Assembly: GCA_963841015.1 (NCBI GenBank)
Contig: CAWJAX010000002.1
Span: forward strand, 1 to 64,000
Source of the DNA: an uncultured Methanoregulaceae archaeon
GTDB taxonomy: Archaea; Halobacteriota; Methanomicrobia; Methanomicrobiales; Methanospirillaceae
Length of the DNA stretch: 64,000 nucleotides
Direction: 5' to 3'
A program made the translations under genes and the position numbers. Below the pieces are notes generated by a model. It was not told where the DNA came from and did no database searches. It saw nothing but the letters and a program-made list of their open reading frames with translations. Shown piece by piece: positions 10,648 through 21,402 of this stretch (within the stretch, counting starts at the first letter, position 1; every line of letters begins with the position of its first letter).

Positions 10648-11464
10648 ATGAGCGGTGATCGGTACCCGGTGATTCTCGTGCACGGGTGGAACAGCTATCC
10701 CGGTGTCTGGAAGCGACTGGTGGTTCGTCTTGAGGAAGCAGGCATCCCGTACACGAAATTTAATCACCCGGCAAGGCAGGGTTCGGCATTGCCGGAGATT
10801 GCCACATCACTTAATACGTATCTCAGGGAAGTACGGGACGAAAACGGGTGGTCAGGACCCGTCGATATTGTATGCCACTCGATTGGGACCTGTATTGCCC
10901 GGTATCTCGTTGAAGTTGTGGATGGGACAGACAGGTCCCAGGCAGTCCGGCAGCTGATCGGCCTCGGCCCCCCCAACAACGGCTCGGCGCTCGCAGAGCT
11001 TTTTAATGATCCAACCCACGGTGAGAAGATCATCAACCGGCTCACCGGTGTATTTGTCCCGCGGGGGTATGATCCGGCCGCCGACCAACTAGTACAGGAT
11101 GTTCGTCCTGGAAGCGTGGTGATCCACAATCTTCGCACAGCTGGATTACGGTCAGATATTACCTATCGGATTATCGTGACCGCAAATCCCGAAGAGGTTC
11201 CTGGATTCTTCCCCTTGTTTAAGGGAAGGACCTGGGAGATGGCTGAGGATGGAAAGTACCGGGCAACCCTTGACGGTGATGGTATTGTGGCGCACCGGGA
11301 ATCGGCCCTGCCGGGTATATCCCTTGATGTCCTGTCAGCGTCCCTGGAAGGGGAGGATCATCTGCCTGCCCCTGAGCAGGTACTGCCATATCAACCTGCC
11401 CAGAAATCCGCTCGTGATTGACCGGATAATGCACTACCTGACACGTGAGGCAGGGAAGAAATAA
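10648..11464 (+). CDS. Alpha/beta hydrolase (esterase/lipase-like); +1 frameshift near 11380
   Basis: PVILVHGW, DIVCHSIG nucleophile elbow, GPPNNGS, GDGIV. The catalytic His region YCHINLP is in the shifted frame ending at 11464. Confidence 0.8.
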
Positions 11465-11557
11465 TCAGACTCATCCATGAAAACGGTTTCATTCCTGCCC
11501 GACCGTGGCCACTTCACTGATTTCCACGGGTATTTCACGTTTGCAACAATCCCAAAT

Positions 11558-11579
11558 CCTTATGTCATCACAATTGTAA
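11558..11579 (+). promoter_or_regulatory. TATA-like box plus palindromic operator TCACAATTGTAA
   Basis: CCTTATGT at 11558-11565, then TCACAATTGTAA at 11568-11579; the motif recurs at 49278, 50034, 52299 and 53327. Confidence 0.65.
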
Positions 11580-11686
11580 ACATATCAGCTTAATCATAAA
11601 ATTCTGTCTCAAGGTGGAAGCAGGTAACAAATGGAAAAATTTCATGAATATGATACTCGATTATACCCTCTGGGAGAGACAGCATA

Positions 11687-14239
11687 ATGCCTGTCCTTGA
11701 TCTGGACTCAGTGAAAGGCCTTTCTCATCAGGAAGCGGCCGAAAAGATCAGCACCGAGGGTTACAATGAACTCCCCGAGTCAAAGAAACGTGGTATTTTC
11801 GGGATTATCGTTGAAGTGATCCACGAACCGATGTTCATCCTGCTGGTCGCAAGCGGCCTGATCTATTTTTTCCTCGGTGATGTTACCGAGGGTGCCATGC
11901 TGATGAGTTTTGTTGTTGTGATCATCGGCATCACGGTTTACCAGGAGCAGAAGACCGAACGGGCATTAGAAGCGCTGCGAAACCTCTCGAGTCCCCGTGC
12001 GCTGGTGATCCGGGATGGTGAACAGGTACGGATTGCAGGCCGCGAAGTGGTTACCGGTGACATGCTCATTCTTGTAGAGGGCGATCGGGTCCCGGCGGAC
12101 GGCGTCCTCCTCGCTTCCAACAATGTTTCCATCGATGAATCGCTCCTGACCGGAGAATCGGTCCCGGTCCGGAAAATTCCCTGGACTGAAGGTCTCCATG
12201 CAGAGCGACCCGGCGGTGATGACCAGCCGTTTATCTATTCCGGAACAATGGTCGTGCAGGGTCAGGGCCTGGCAGAGGTCAAATCGACCGGTGCCCGGAC
12301 CGAGATGGGCAAGATCGGCACCGTCCTGCAAACCGTGGAGCGGGGAGATACCCGGCTCAAGGGTGAGATATCCCGGATTGTCAGGACGATCGCCATTGTC
12401 GGCATCTTCCTGTGCGGTATCATCGTAGTTGTTTACGGCATAAGCCGGGGCAGCTGGATCGAGGGGCTTCTTGCAGGAATTACCCTTGCAATGGCAATCC
12501 TGCCAGAAGAGTTCCCCGTAGTCCTGACCATATTCCTTGCGCTGGGGGCGTGGAGAATCTCCCGGAAAAATGTGCTGACCCGCCAGGTACCCGCGATAGA
12601 AACCCTTGGTTCGGCAACCGTGCTGTGTGTGGACAAGACCGGCACTCTCACCCAGAACCGGATGACCGTCACTATGTTTTTTGCAGCCGGGCAGCTGTGT
12701 GAACACGATGCCACGGGGAAAAATTCAGTTGCGGAAATCTGCCACGAGGTTGCCGAATTTGCCATTCTTGCCTGTAAAAAAGATCCGTTCGATCCTATGG
12801 AGAAGGCATTGCTCCATCTCCGTGAAGGGGATTTTGGAAGGACTGAACATATCCATACCAGCTGGGAGCTTATCACCGAATACCCGCTCTCCCCCGACCT
12901 CCTTGCAATGTCAAACGTATGGCGATCCCCCGACGGCAAAGATTATATTATCGCTGCAAAAGGGGCACCTGAGGCAATTGCCGACCTGTGCCATTTCGAT
13001 CAGGAGAAGCGAGAGGCACTTGCCGTGAATATCAACACCATGGCAGCGCAGGGTCTGAGAGTCCTCGGTGTGGCAAAAGCCTCGTTCACCCGGCCCGAAC
13101 TGCCGGATGGTCAGCATGATTTCACGTTTACCTTCCTTGGGCTGGTCGGTTTTGCCGACCCGGTCCGCCCGCAGGTAGCTGATGCGGTGCGTGAATGCTA
13201 TACCGCCGGGATCCGGGTTATCATGATCACCGGGGATTATCCCCTCACTGCCCAAAATATCGGGCGCCAGATTGGTCTTGCCCATACAGACCAGTGTATC
13301 ACCGGCGCTGAACTCGAACAGATGAGTGAAGAAGAGCTCAGGAGACGTATCAGTACAGCAACCCTCTTTGCACGGGCAGTTCCGGAACAGAAACTGCGTA
13401 TTGTCAATGCACTCAAGGCTAATGGCGAAGTGGTTGCCATGACCGGCGATGGGGTGAATGATGCCCCGGCGTTAAAATCCGCAGACATCGGGATTGCCAT
13501 GGGTGGCCGGGGAACTGATGTCGCCCGCGAAGCTTCATCCCTCGTTCTGCTGGATGACAACTTCACGTCCATTGTTTCTGCGGTGCGGCTGGGGCGGAGG
13601 ATTTTTGATAACCTGAAAAAAGCAATGGCGTATATCTTCTCCATCCACGTCCCCATCGCCGGGATGTCACTCATTCCTGTGCTCCTCAATATGCCGCTTG
13701 TTTTGTTGCCGGTGCAAATCGTCTTTCTCGAACTGATTATTGATCCTGCCTGTTCGATCGTGTTTGAATCAGAAAAAGAAGAGCCGAACGTGATGAACCG
13801 CCCGCCCCGGCACAAAGATGAAGGGCTTTTTACCAAAAAGACGCTCGCACTCAGTCTCCTGCAGGGATTTGTCGTTTTAGCCGTGGTCTTCTTGATTTAT
13901 ATAAATGCTGTAAGCAGGGGCTTTAGTGAGGATGAAGTGAGGACATTGACGTTTACGACCATTGTTATAGCGAATCTCAGTCTGATTCTCACAAACCGGT
14001 CATGGTCTGAAACTTTGTTTACGACGTTACGCACTCCCAACAAGGCGATGATCTGGGTGTTTGCAGGAACGATAACCTGTCTGATCCTTGTCCTGTGGGT
14101 CCCGGCTCTCCAGGCTCTCTTCAGCTTCGCAACCGTGCCATTCGTTGATCTTATCGTATGTGCAATAGCCGGCGGATTGAGTGTTGTCTGGTTTGAGTGC
14201 TACAAGTACTGGAACACAAGGAAGGCTGAGCCGGGATGA
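11687..14239 (+). CDS. Cation-translocating P-type ATPase (PEEF subtype), copy 1
   Basis: DKTGTLT phosphorylation site, TGES, KGAPE, MITGD, GDGVNDAPAL; TM4 reads ILPEEFP. Confidence 0.95.
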   Translation: MPVLDLDSVKGLSHQEAAEKISTEGYNELPESKKRGIFGIIVEVIHEPMFILLVASGLIYFFLGDVTEGAMLMSFVVVIIGITVYQEQKTERALEALRNLSSPRALVIRDGEQVRIAGREVVTGDMLILVEGDRVPADGVLLASNNVSIDESLLTGESVPVRKIPWTEGLHAERPGGDDQPFIYSGTMVVQGQGLAEVKSTGARTEMGKIGTVLQTVERGDTRLKGEISRIVRTIAIVGIFLCGIIVVVYGISRGSWIEGLLAGITLAMAILPEEFPVVLTIFLALGAWRISRKNVLTRQVPAIETLGSATVLCVDKTGTLTQNRMTVTMFFAAGQLCEHDATGKNSVAEICHEVAEFAILACKKDPFDPMEKALLHLREGDFGRTEHIHTSWELITEYPLSPDLLAMSNVWRSPDGKDYIIAAKGAPEAIADLCHFDQEKREALAVNINTMAAQGLRVLGVAKASFTRPELPDGQHDFTFTFLGLVGFADPVRPQVADAVRECYTAGIRVIMITGDYPLTAQNIGRQIGLAHTDQCITGAELEQMSEEELRRRISTATLFARAVPEQKLRIVNALKANGEVVAMTGDGVNDAPALKSADIGIAMGGRGTDVAREASSLVLLDDNFTSIVSAVRLGRRIFDNLKKAMAYIFSIHVPIAGMSLIPVLLNMPLVLLPVQIVFLELIIDPACSIVFESEKEEPNVMNRPPRHKDEGLFTKKTLALSLLQGFVVLAVVFLIYINAVSRGFSEDEVRTLTFTTIVIANLSLILTNRSWSETLFTTLRTPNKAMIWVFAGTITCLILVLWVPALQALFSFATVPFVDLIVCAIAGGLSVVWFECYKYWNTRKAEPG

Positions 14240-14356
14240 ATGACGTATCCCGCAATTTGGATGCAGGAGAAAAACACCGCTCTTTTCCTGTGGCAAATCT
14301 TTTACCCGTCTCTCGATCAATGTATATGATAAAAAATTGAGAAATAAGGAGGAAGG

Positions 14357-15136
14357 ATGGAATTATTCATGACAAAATGGGGACTTATATTCAAGGCATT
14401 CGGGATTACTCTCGCGTTGCTCGTTGTCAGGTTGATATTTGATTACCTGAATTTCGATGTACTTTCCGTGACCAACCTCATCACCGCATTCATTGGTGGG
14501 GCAATATTTACCATAGCAATTATTTTTGCCGGTACCCTGACGGATTACAAGGAAAGCGAAAAGATCCCCAGTGAGATCGCCGCATCAATCCGGACGTTCT
14601 ACAGCGATCTTGATCTCATCCGTGTTCCGGACAAGACGCTTGTGTCACGCATGCAGGAAAATACTGCCGCCCTGATGCGATGTATCAACACGAATTTCCG
14701 GAATAATGCGTGGAGCATGGAACACATGGACGCGGCGATTGATCCCCTCAATGCAGATATTGCAAAGCTCGTTGATCTGAATATCGCTCCGAACTATGTC
14801 CTGAAACTGAAAACGGAAATAACGAATATTGACCGGATCTCGCACCGGGTCAAGACCATAGCCGAGACGTCTTTCATTCCGGCAGCCTATGCAATTTCAG
14901 AACTCGCTGCTGCCGGTGTTATTATCTTATTGTTCTTTGTCAAACTCGATCCCTTTTATGAGGGACTGGTCCTCTTTACAGTCCTCTGCATGCTGCTTAC
15001 TGCCCTCCTCCTGCTGATAAGGGATATGGACAACCCGTTTGAAGTCGGGAAGAAAACCTATGCCGATATTGACCTGTTCCTGCTCTGGGATCTTGAGAAA
15101 AAACTAGATGAGAAGACGGGATATGCAAAGAAATAA
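14357..15136 (+). CDS. Bestrophin-like membrane protein, copy 1
   Basis: Two N-terminal TMs, a helical cytoplasmic domain, two TMs, then DMDNPF resembling the bestrophin/DUF4239 [DE]xPF motif; paralog at 45524-46321. Confidence 0.6.
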   Translation: MELFMTKWGLIFKAFGITLALLVVRLIFDYLNFDVLSVTNLITAFIGGAIFTIAIIFAGTLTDYKESEKIPSEIAASIRTFYSDLDLIRVPDKTLVSRMQENTAALMRCINTNFRNNAWSMEHMDAAIDPLNADIAKLVDLNIAPNYVLKLKTEITNIDRISHRVKTIAETSFIPAAYAISELAAAGVIILLFFVKLDPFYEGLVLFTVLCMLLTALLLLIRDMDNPFEVGKKTYADIDLFLLWDLEKKLDEKTGYAKK

Positions 15137-15461
15137 TGAAATCACGTATTTTTCCTGACGAATCAATCCCTCCAAAAGGACATTGCCGGGTCTGTTCAAC
15201 CGTAATCTCCCTGGTTAAAATTCCGGATTGAACAATTTGAGCGTTCCTAAAGGGAAATAAGATCCGGACACTTCCGATCGGGGTTCAATCCACACGTTTC
15301 TCCGGAATATCAGGTATCACCGTAAAATGTAATATCTGACGAGGTATCCTGCAGTTTTTATTGTCAGGATTTGCCGTTACGGGGGGTATCGGCAGATCTT
15401 ATGCGTAACACGGTCGATGAATCTATAGTATTTGGAATATTACTCATTACACGAGGGAACC

Positions 15462-16037
15462 ATGAAGGTTATCGCATTCAACGGCAGTGCCAGGAAAGAC
15501 GGCAATACCGCAATTCTTGTCAACACGGTGTTCAAAGAACTTAAAAAAGCAGGGATTGAGACCGAAATGGTCCAGCTTTCGGGTAAAAAAATCAGGGGCT
15601 GTATTGCCTGTGGTAAATGCTATGAGAAGAAGGATAAACGGTGCGTTGTTACCAATGATATCCTCAACGATTGTATTGAAAAAATGGTTGCCGCTGACGG
15701 TATCATCCTTGCCTCGCCCACCTATTTCACGGATGTTTCTTCGGAGATGAAAGCGCTCATTGACCGTGCGGGATATGTGGCACGGGCAAACGATCATATG
15801 TTCCAGCGCAAGGTGGGCGCTGCGGTAGTTGCTGCCCGTCGTGCGGGTGCGATCCACACGTTTGATACGCTCAACCATTTCTTCCTGATCAGCCAGATGA
15901 TTGTCCCCGGCTCCTCCTACTGGAACATTGGCATGGGGCTGGCCCCCGGAGATGTAAAAAAGGATAAGGAGGGTCTCGCAACGATGAAGATGCTGGGCAC
16001 CAATATGGCGTGGCTGATGAAAAAACTGGATAAATGA
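15462..16037 (+). CDS. Iron-sulfur flavoprotein (Isf-like flavodoxin family)
   Basis: FNGSARKDGNT, CIACGKCYEKKDKRC (Cx2Cx2Cx7C), LASPTYF, MKALIDR. Confidence 0.9.
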   Translation: MKVIAFNGSARKDGNTAILVNTVFKELKKAGIETEMVQLSGKKIRGCIACGKCYEKKDKRCVVTNDILNDCIEKMVAADGIILASPTYFTDVSSEMKALIDRAGYVARANDHMFQRKVGAAVVAARRAGAIHTFDTLNHFFLISQMIVPGSSYWNIGMGLAPGDVKKDKEGLATMKMLGTNMAWLMKKLDK

Positions 16038-16122
16038 GTCTCTTTTTTAAGTGGTGATCTCTGGAAACAGGCTTGACGTGATGACTATAAAATACCCCGG
16101 CTCGCGATAAAAAATAGAAAGT

Positions 16123-16884
16123 TCAGGCATCCTGCATGACAATGACCGAGGCCGATTCGTCGAACGGGTTCTTCCGCATTGCAAGGTTGAAGAGATAAGG
16201 GTAGTGGTTTTTAAGATACTCCATATAGGTGATCCATTCGTGGATCAACCGGGTATACGCACGCTGGATATCAGTAGTAAGATGGCTTTTGTCGGACGGG
16301 GGCAATGCGGACAGGTCGCCCCGTGCTTTCAGCTCTTCGGTCAGGTGGCTGAGTGCAAGGATAAGGTCCGTGAATGATTCGTGCTCAAAGACCATGGGGT
16401 TTTCCACCAGGCGCAAAAGGAACTCCTCGTGATCGATCAGAAATTTCCGGAAATCTTCCAGGTCGATCCGGGCAAGAGAGACACTGCACGAATGGTCATC
16501 AAGGCATTTTTGCATATCCTTAAACATTGCCTTATTCCAGGTGGCAGTGATTACCAGGCGCTGTTTTACCGGACCGATACTTTCATCAGTACCGGTCAAC
16601 CGGGCAAGAAGTGGCGTCCCGAACGTGGAAAAGAAGGTGCCGATGACCATGTTCAGCTTCTCCATCTTCCGCTGTTTTTCCCGGGATTCCAGCAACTGGT
16701 CAATGATAAGCGTGACAATCAGCACTTCTATCGGTATGAAAGCCAGGTCCCCGACAAAGAAGATGGACAGATGGTGCTCATCATGAAAGATCAGGTAATG
16801 GGCAGTAAACAATACAAGAGACAGGAGGATAAGTCCTGTTGCAATAATCAGTTTCCACCGTGTATCTTCTTTCATTTCTTTCAT
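16123..16884 (-). CDS. Conserved hypothetical membrane protein
   Basis: Two N-terminal TMs and conserved-looking motifs AFIPIEVLIVTLII, KLNMVIGTFFS, LVENP..FEHESFTD, YPYLF; start chosen at ATG 16884. Confidence 0.75.
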   Translation of the reverse strand: MKEMKEDTRWKLIIATGLILLSLVLFTAHYLIFHDEHHLSIFFVGDLAFIPIEVLIVTLIIDQLLESREKQRKMEKLNMVIGTFFSTFGTPLLARLTGTDESIGPVKQRLVITATWNKAMFKDMQKCLDDHSCSVSLARIDLEDFRKFLIDHEEFLLRLVENPMVFEHESFTDLILALSHLTEELKARGDLSALPPSDKSHLTTDIQRAYTRLIHEWITYMEYLKNHYPYLFNLAMRKNPFDESASVIVMQDA

Positions 16885-17049
16885 GTTGTCAGCCGGGGGA
16901 AATAATGCATTCGATGATGCACGTTTGGCCGGGACAAGGAGATTATTATCCTGCAAAAAATGAATTTCATGGAGGAGAGCAGGTGACCACAATGATCATC
17001 TCTGCTCTATTCCGCTCACCCTATAAACTCCCTTTTTAAAAATCTCCCG

Positions 17050-17538
17050 TCATTTCGACTGCTGCCCGATAAACCCGATTACCTCCCGGATGTCCGGTAT
17101 GGAGTGTACGGGATACACCTTCACAAATAGTACCGTCTGGTTTTTGTCGATGATTACATTTGCCCGCTCGGAAAAACCGTTCTCTTCCCGGAACAGCCCG
17201 TATTTCTGTGCAACAACACCCTGTGGCCAGAAATCACACAGCAGCCGGGTGTGCGTAATTGAAAGATTTTCTGCCCATGCACGCTTGCACGGCCTCGAAT
17301 CCACGCTGATCCCTACCGGCATGCAGCCCAGTGATTCAAGCACCTGCCGATTATCTTCGAGTGATTTCATCTGTGCAGCACAGAAATCCGTCCATGCCAG
17401 AGGATGGAAGGAGAGAAGTGTGTATTTCCCTGTCTGTTCAAAGAGACCAAATGTCTTATCGTTCTGGTCTTTTAACGAGAAATTCTTTGCCGGATCACCG
17501 GGCTTGACCATCCGTGCCTGTTTCATACCGGTACTCAC
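17050..17538 (-). CDS. Peroxiredoxin (AhpC/TSA, AhpE-like)
   Basis: FHPLAWTDFC (PxxxTxxC), GISVDS, LLCDFWPQG, SERANVIID. Confidence 0.88.
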   Translation of the reverse strand: MSTGMKQARMVKPGDPAKNFSLKDQNDKTFGLFEQTGKYTLLSFHPLAWTDFCAAQMKSLEDNRQVLESLGCMPVGISVDSRPCKRAWAENLSITHTRLLCDFWPQGVVAQKYGLFREENGFSERANVIIDKNQTVLFVKVYPVHSIPDIREVIGFIGQQSK

Positions 17539-18208
17539 CAGAAAGTCTTATGCCAGCAGAATTTTTCAAGCTTTGGATATTAGCATAGCCTGGGTTTCAA
17601 GGGGATTAGCATAGTGTGCCGGGTGAACAAATTGCACTGTCAACAACTCTGCATCTTAAGGGGTTTTCCGGATAAATATGTTAAACAGAGCCCGATTTTG
17701 GCGTATTTTCCCTCTGGATTCACACCCACAAATCCCGACCAGTTCTGACAAGTAATAAAAGAAGAAATCCACCTCCCTGCGATTACCGGAACACGGTTTT
17801 TCGTGCATTTTTTTTTGGAATATATTGTTAAAACCATCTGGTTTAACCAGAGAACCACTACCGATTGAGTATTTTATATGCATGCACTCCCTCTTTTTGT
17901 CAGAGTTGGATTTACAGGGTTTTTCTTAAATTGGGGGACATCACAATGGCAATCAGACAAATAATTCTTCACACCCCTTCTGCACACAACCTCTAAATCC
18001 AATTCCCTTCCTCCAGACAGCCATATCTTTCCAGCGATGGGAATGGTATGTTTTTTTTAAGTAACAAGGCAGTGGAGTCTGGTGCGATGCTGAAGCAGGG
18101 ATCTTCAGCGATAACCAAAAGGAACATGCAAGGTCAAAGGAAAGAAATTAGACGAATAGTGTGGATAGGAAATGGAGAGTAGCTGGCTGGAAAACAAAAA
18201 AAAGCTCT

Positions 18209-18379
18209 TTATTTTTTTATCATTTTCTGAATCCGGTAAATCACATCCGCAGTCAGTAATTCCATGTTGTGGGCAGATCCTGCATGATCGATAAATTTTC
18301 TCATTACTTCGATCTCAGTTGTGCCGGTCGCTTCAAAAGAACAATCCATGCCGAGATCTTTGCACACACAAAATGCCAT
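18209..18379 (-). CDS. DUF1059 family small protein
   Basis: CKDLGMDCSFEATG.T..EVM....HA...H pattern; start at ATG 18379. Confidence 0.8.
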   Translation of the reverse strand: MAFCVCKDLGMDCSFEATGTTEIEVMRKFIDHAGSAHNMELLTADVIYRIQKMIKK

Positions 18380-18614
18380 ATGTATACCGCTTTTCCTCTT
18401 CCGTTCGATCTCTATCGGTTCATGCTTTATGCAAACCTGCATTGTACGAAAACTCTCCCATTCTGTTCTTTTCTCTTACCACTCTGTGGTTATCATTTAT
18501 AAAATTATTTCTGAAAACGGGGATGGCGCACTGTTGCAATGAAAAAAATCGTCCCCCCTCAGAAAATGATTAGTTTCAAACCTGGACCGACTATCTGTGG
18601 CTGTGCAGCGGAGA

Positions 18615-19013
18615 TCACGGTACCTGCCCGGACGTTTTCCGGTATACCATTCCTTGAAAGAGGGCGATCTTGTCCCCGTGATCGTCCGTCACCGTGACCG
18701 CGTAGGTGGCAATCTTTGGATTTTGTGAGAACTCCTCAGCCACTGCATACAAGGTGCCGCTGGTCGCTGCTTTTACAAAGAAGATGTTGGCATTGATGGC
18801 AGCTGCAGGTATCCCATGGGAATTGGAGGCAAGGGCAAACGCGGTATCGGCAAGCGTGAAGATAGCTCCGCCGTGTACGGTCCCGTGACTGTTCTTATGC
18901 CAGCCGGCAATCCGCAACCGGACCTTCGCCCTGCCTGCCGAAACTTCCAGCAGCTCAATACCGGCTTCCTGTGCCCAGGCATCGTTTACAAAGAATGGAT
19001 CAGGAGTGTTCAT
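18615..19013 (-). CDS. PaaI family hotdog-fold thioesterase
   Basis: NSHGTVHGGAIFTLADTAFALASNS. Confidence 0.9.
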   Translation of the reverse strand: MNTPDPFFVNDAWAQEAGIELLEVSAGRAKVRLRIAGWHKNSHGTVHGGAIFTLADTAFALASNSHGIPAAAINANIFFVKAATSGTLYAVAEEFSQNPKIATYAVTVTDDHGDKIALFQGMVYRKTSGQVP

Positions 19014-19249
19014 GGAAGGTATCACTTAAGGTGTATATGGGGTGATGCAAAGAAGAAGATTGCGGGGTGTTGTGTATGCCTGAAGAAGTACCCTGATTTG
19101 CCGGGAGGCAAAAAAAATATTTGATTGTAGAGGTTTTATAACAAAAATCTTAGGTTAAACATGGAGAACGGGCAGATTAATTTTCAGGAAGTTTTCGGGT
19201 TGCCAGTATTGATACGGGCTGGTGTCCACGGGACAGGTCACCCGGTGGT

Positions 19250-19690
19250 TTACCGTGGGGGTGTCCCCTTCCTGACCATGGGGCAGACATTACAGCCCAT
19301 CATTTCTCCAAAGCAGAACAGGAAACGTTCTTTGATACTCCGGGGAAGCTGGTCTTCGGGGATCGGGAGGAACCCGAATGTCTTGTAAAACGAGATCAGG
19401 ACAATGGTTGAATGAATGTAGATCGATTCTGAACCGCACTGTGTGATCAGATCCTGCACGGCAAACCGGGCATATCCTTTCCCTCGGTATGTTTCAGGTA
19501 CAAAGACGCAGTCCATTTCGATGCCGTCAGGATGCTTCGTGTACCGGGCAGTTGCGGCCAGGTCTCCGTCAACAAAGACACCGAATATTCTCTCATGTAC
19601 AGGGTCTGCTTTCTGGCCCCGGTATTGTTCCCAGAGTTTCTCTGCCAGATAAAATTCATCGTGGTTCAGTTCACGGGTCTCCATCGTCAT
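19250..19690 (-). CDS. GNAT family N-acetyltransferase
   Basis: VFVPETYRGKGYAR acetyl-CoA motif and FYKTFGF. Confidence 0.85.
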   Translation of the reverse strand: MTMETRELNHDEFYLAEKLWEQYRGQKADPVHERIFGVFVDGDLAATARYTKHPDGIEMDCVFVPETYRGKGYARFAVQDLITQCGSESIYIHSTIVLISFYKTFGFLPIPEDQLPRSIKERFLFCFGEMMGCNVCPMVRKGTPPR

Positions 19691-19807
19691 ACTGTTCCTC
19701 AGGCACAGAGTCTTTTTTGGCTGGTTACTATATGAGTGTGCCTTTTTTCTTTGTGCAGTCAAAAAAAGCTCCAATAGGATTTATGTGTCGTGGTGCGAAT
19801 CAGATTT

Positions 19808-20698
19808 GTGGACGCACTCTCTCACGCCTTGATAGCCTGGATCCTGTTCTCCGTGACCGGCCTCACTCCTCTCCTCCCATTTGCGATCCTCGGGGCGGTT
19901 ATAATGGATGCGGATATTTTCTTTTCGCTCATCTCCGACTCAAACCCCTCACTCTACCTGTTTACGCACGGCGGTATCGCCCACAGCCTCGCAGGTGCTC
20001 TTGTCCTGTCCGTGCTGGCGTACTTCGCTACCGTCATGATTGCACTTGCAGGGATGGTACCCCTTGCAGCACTTGCGGCATACGGGGTGTACGGGTTTGC
20101 CGCAATCCTTGGCGGAGCCCTCTCCCACCTTGCGATTGACACCCTTGCCTGCCCGGGTATCCCGCTGCTTGCCCCGTTTGTTGACAGGAAATATACCCCG
20201 GGTATCCTGCCCGGTCCAAGTTTCCTGCTCGCCGCCGCAGCTCTGGGACTCGTCGCGCTGACGGTCACGCAGGTGCTGGCCTTTCAACAGGCCCTTCCAC
20301 TTTATGCCGTCATCGTCCTGCTCTACCTTTTCGTCCGGGGAGGATTCTTCCTGGTTGCTTTAAAACGGTTACCGGGACGGAAGGTTCCGATGGTTAACCC
20401 TTTCCGGTGGCTTACCCTCAGCGAGGATGAGATGCGTTACACGTTACGGCAGTATACCCTGATCAGCGCCTCTTTTTCCGAAGTGGTGTTTCCCAGATAT
20501 AAGGGCAGCAGCAGTGCTGAAGTGAAGAGCGTTTTACAATTCTCTGAAGTCCGCCGGTTATTTTTCCATTCCTACAGTGTCATTGCCGAACGGATCGGAT
20601 CGGACCTCATCCTATCAGACCCTCTTCGAGAGAACGGGTATCTCTATTACCCGCCCCGCTACAAGCAGGTAAAGGTCACTATCGAAGATCAACCATAA
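19808..20698 (+). CDS. Membrane-bound metal-dependent hydrolase (YdjM/DUF457-like)
   Basis: DALSHAL, DADI, HGGIAHSL, SHLAID, GIPLLAPF. Confidence 0.8.
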   Translation: MDALSHALIAWILFSVTGLTPLLPFAILGAVIMDADIFFSLISDSNPSLYLFTHGGIAHSLAGALVLSVLAYFATVMIALAGMVPLAALAAYGVYGFAAILGGALSHLAIDTLACPGIPLLAPFVDRKYTPGILPGPSFLLAAAALGLVALTVTQVLAFQQALPLYAVIVLLYLFVRGGFFLVALKRLPGRKVPMVNPFRWLTLSEDEMRYTLRQYTLISASFSEVVFPRYKGSSSAEVKSVLQFSEVRRLFFHSYSVIAERIGSDLILSDPLRENGYLYYPPRYKQVKVTIEDQP

Positions 20699-20869
20699 TT
20701 TTCTCCGTGTTTTTTTGTCCGCTCACTGAAGCAAAGGAAACGGCACTCCCGGCTCCCTACCCCGTATCGCAGGGGCCGGATCCCTGGGGAATAATGATCC
20801 GGAAATTTCACCTTCACTACCAACCCATTTATCCTCCGGCACACCTATCTCACTTTTGTGGTGAACTTG

Positions 20870-21367
20870 ATGGGAGGACCCGTGGAATTCAAAACAGTGA
20901 CCATTGAAAAACCTGCGGAGGTAAATTTCATTCTCGGACAGTCGCATTTCATCAAGACTGTTGAAGACATCTATGAGGTGGTTTCCGGATCGGTGCCCGG
21001 TTCGAAGTTTGGCCTGGCTTTCTGCGAGTCTTCGGGAGACTGCCTGGTCAGAATAGAGGGCAATGATGAGGAATTAAAAGCACTGGCACGGGCTAATGCT
21101 CTTGCTATCGGGGCCGGGCACTCATTCATCCTATTTTTACGTGACTGCTACCCCATGAATGTCCTGAATGCGATAAAAAACATTCAGGAAGTCTGCACGA
21201 TATATTGCGCAACAGCAAACCCTGCAGAGGTCGTGATCGCCGAATCTGCACAGGGTCGTGGAATTATGGGCGTGATTGATGGTGAAAAACCAAAGGGTGT
21301 CGAAGGTCCGGACGGGGTTGCCTGGCGGACGGGACTGCTCCGGAAGTTCGGGTACAAGAAAGGGTAG
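20870..21367 (+). CDS. Adenosine-specific kinase family (DUF355)
   Basis: NFILGQSHFIKTVED, FGLAFCESSG, IGAGHSF, IYCATANP, QGRGIMGVIDG. Confidence 0.9.
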   Translation: MGGPVEFKTVTIEKPAEVNFILGQSHFIKTVEDIYEVVSGSVPGSKFGLAFCESSGDCLVRIEGNDEELKALARANALAIGAGHSFILFLRDCYPMNVLNAIKNIQEVCTIYCATANPAEVVIAESAQGRGIMGVIDGEKPKGVEGPDGVAWRTGLLRKFGYKKG

Positions 21368-21402
21368 ACATTAGTTGTCCTCATACCGGGAACGTGAATC
21401 CT

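Noticed and set aside
17540-18200. Long intergenic gap as an ncRNA locus
   Set aside because: Only a short GCTGAAG/CTTCAGC hairpin in AT-rich sequence; no tRNA, SRP, RNase P or C/D box pattern recognised.
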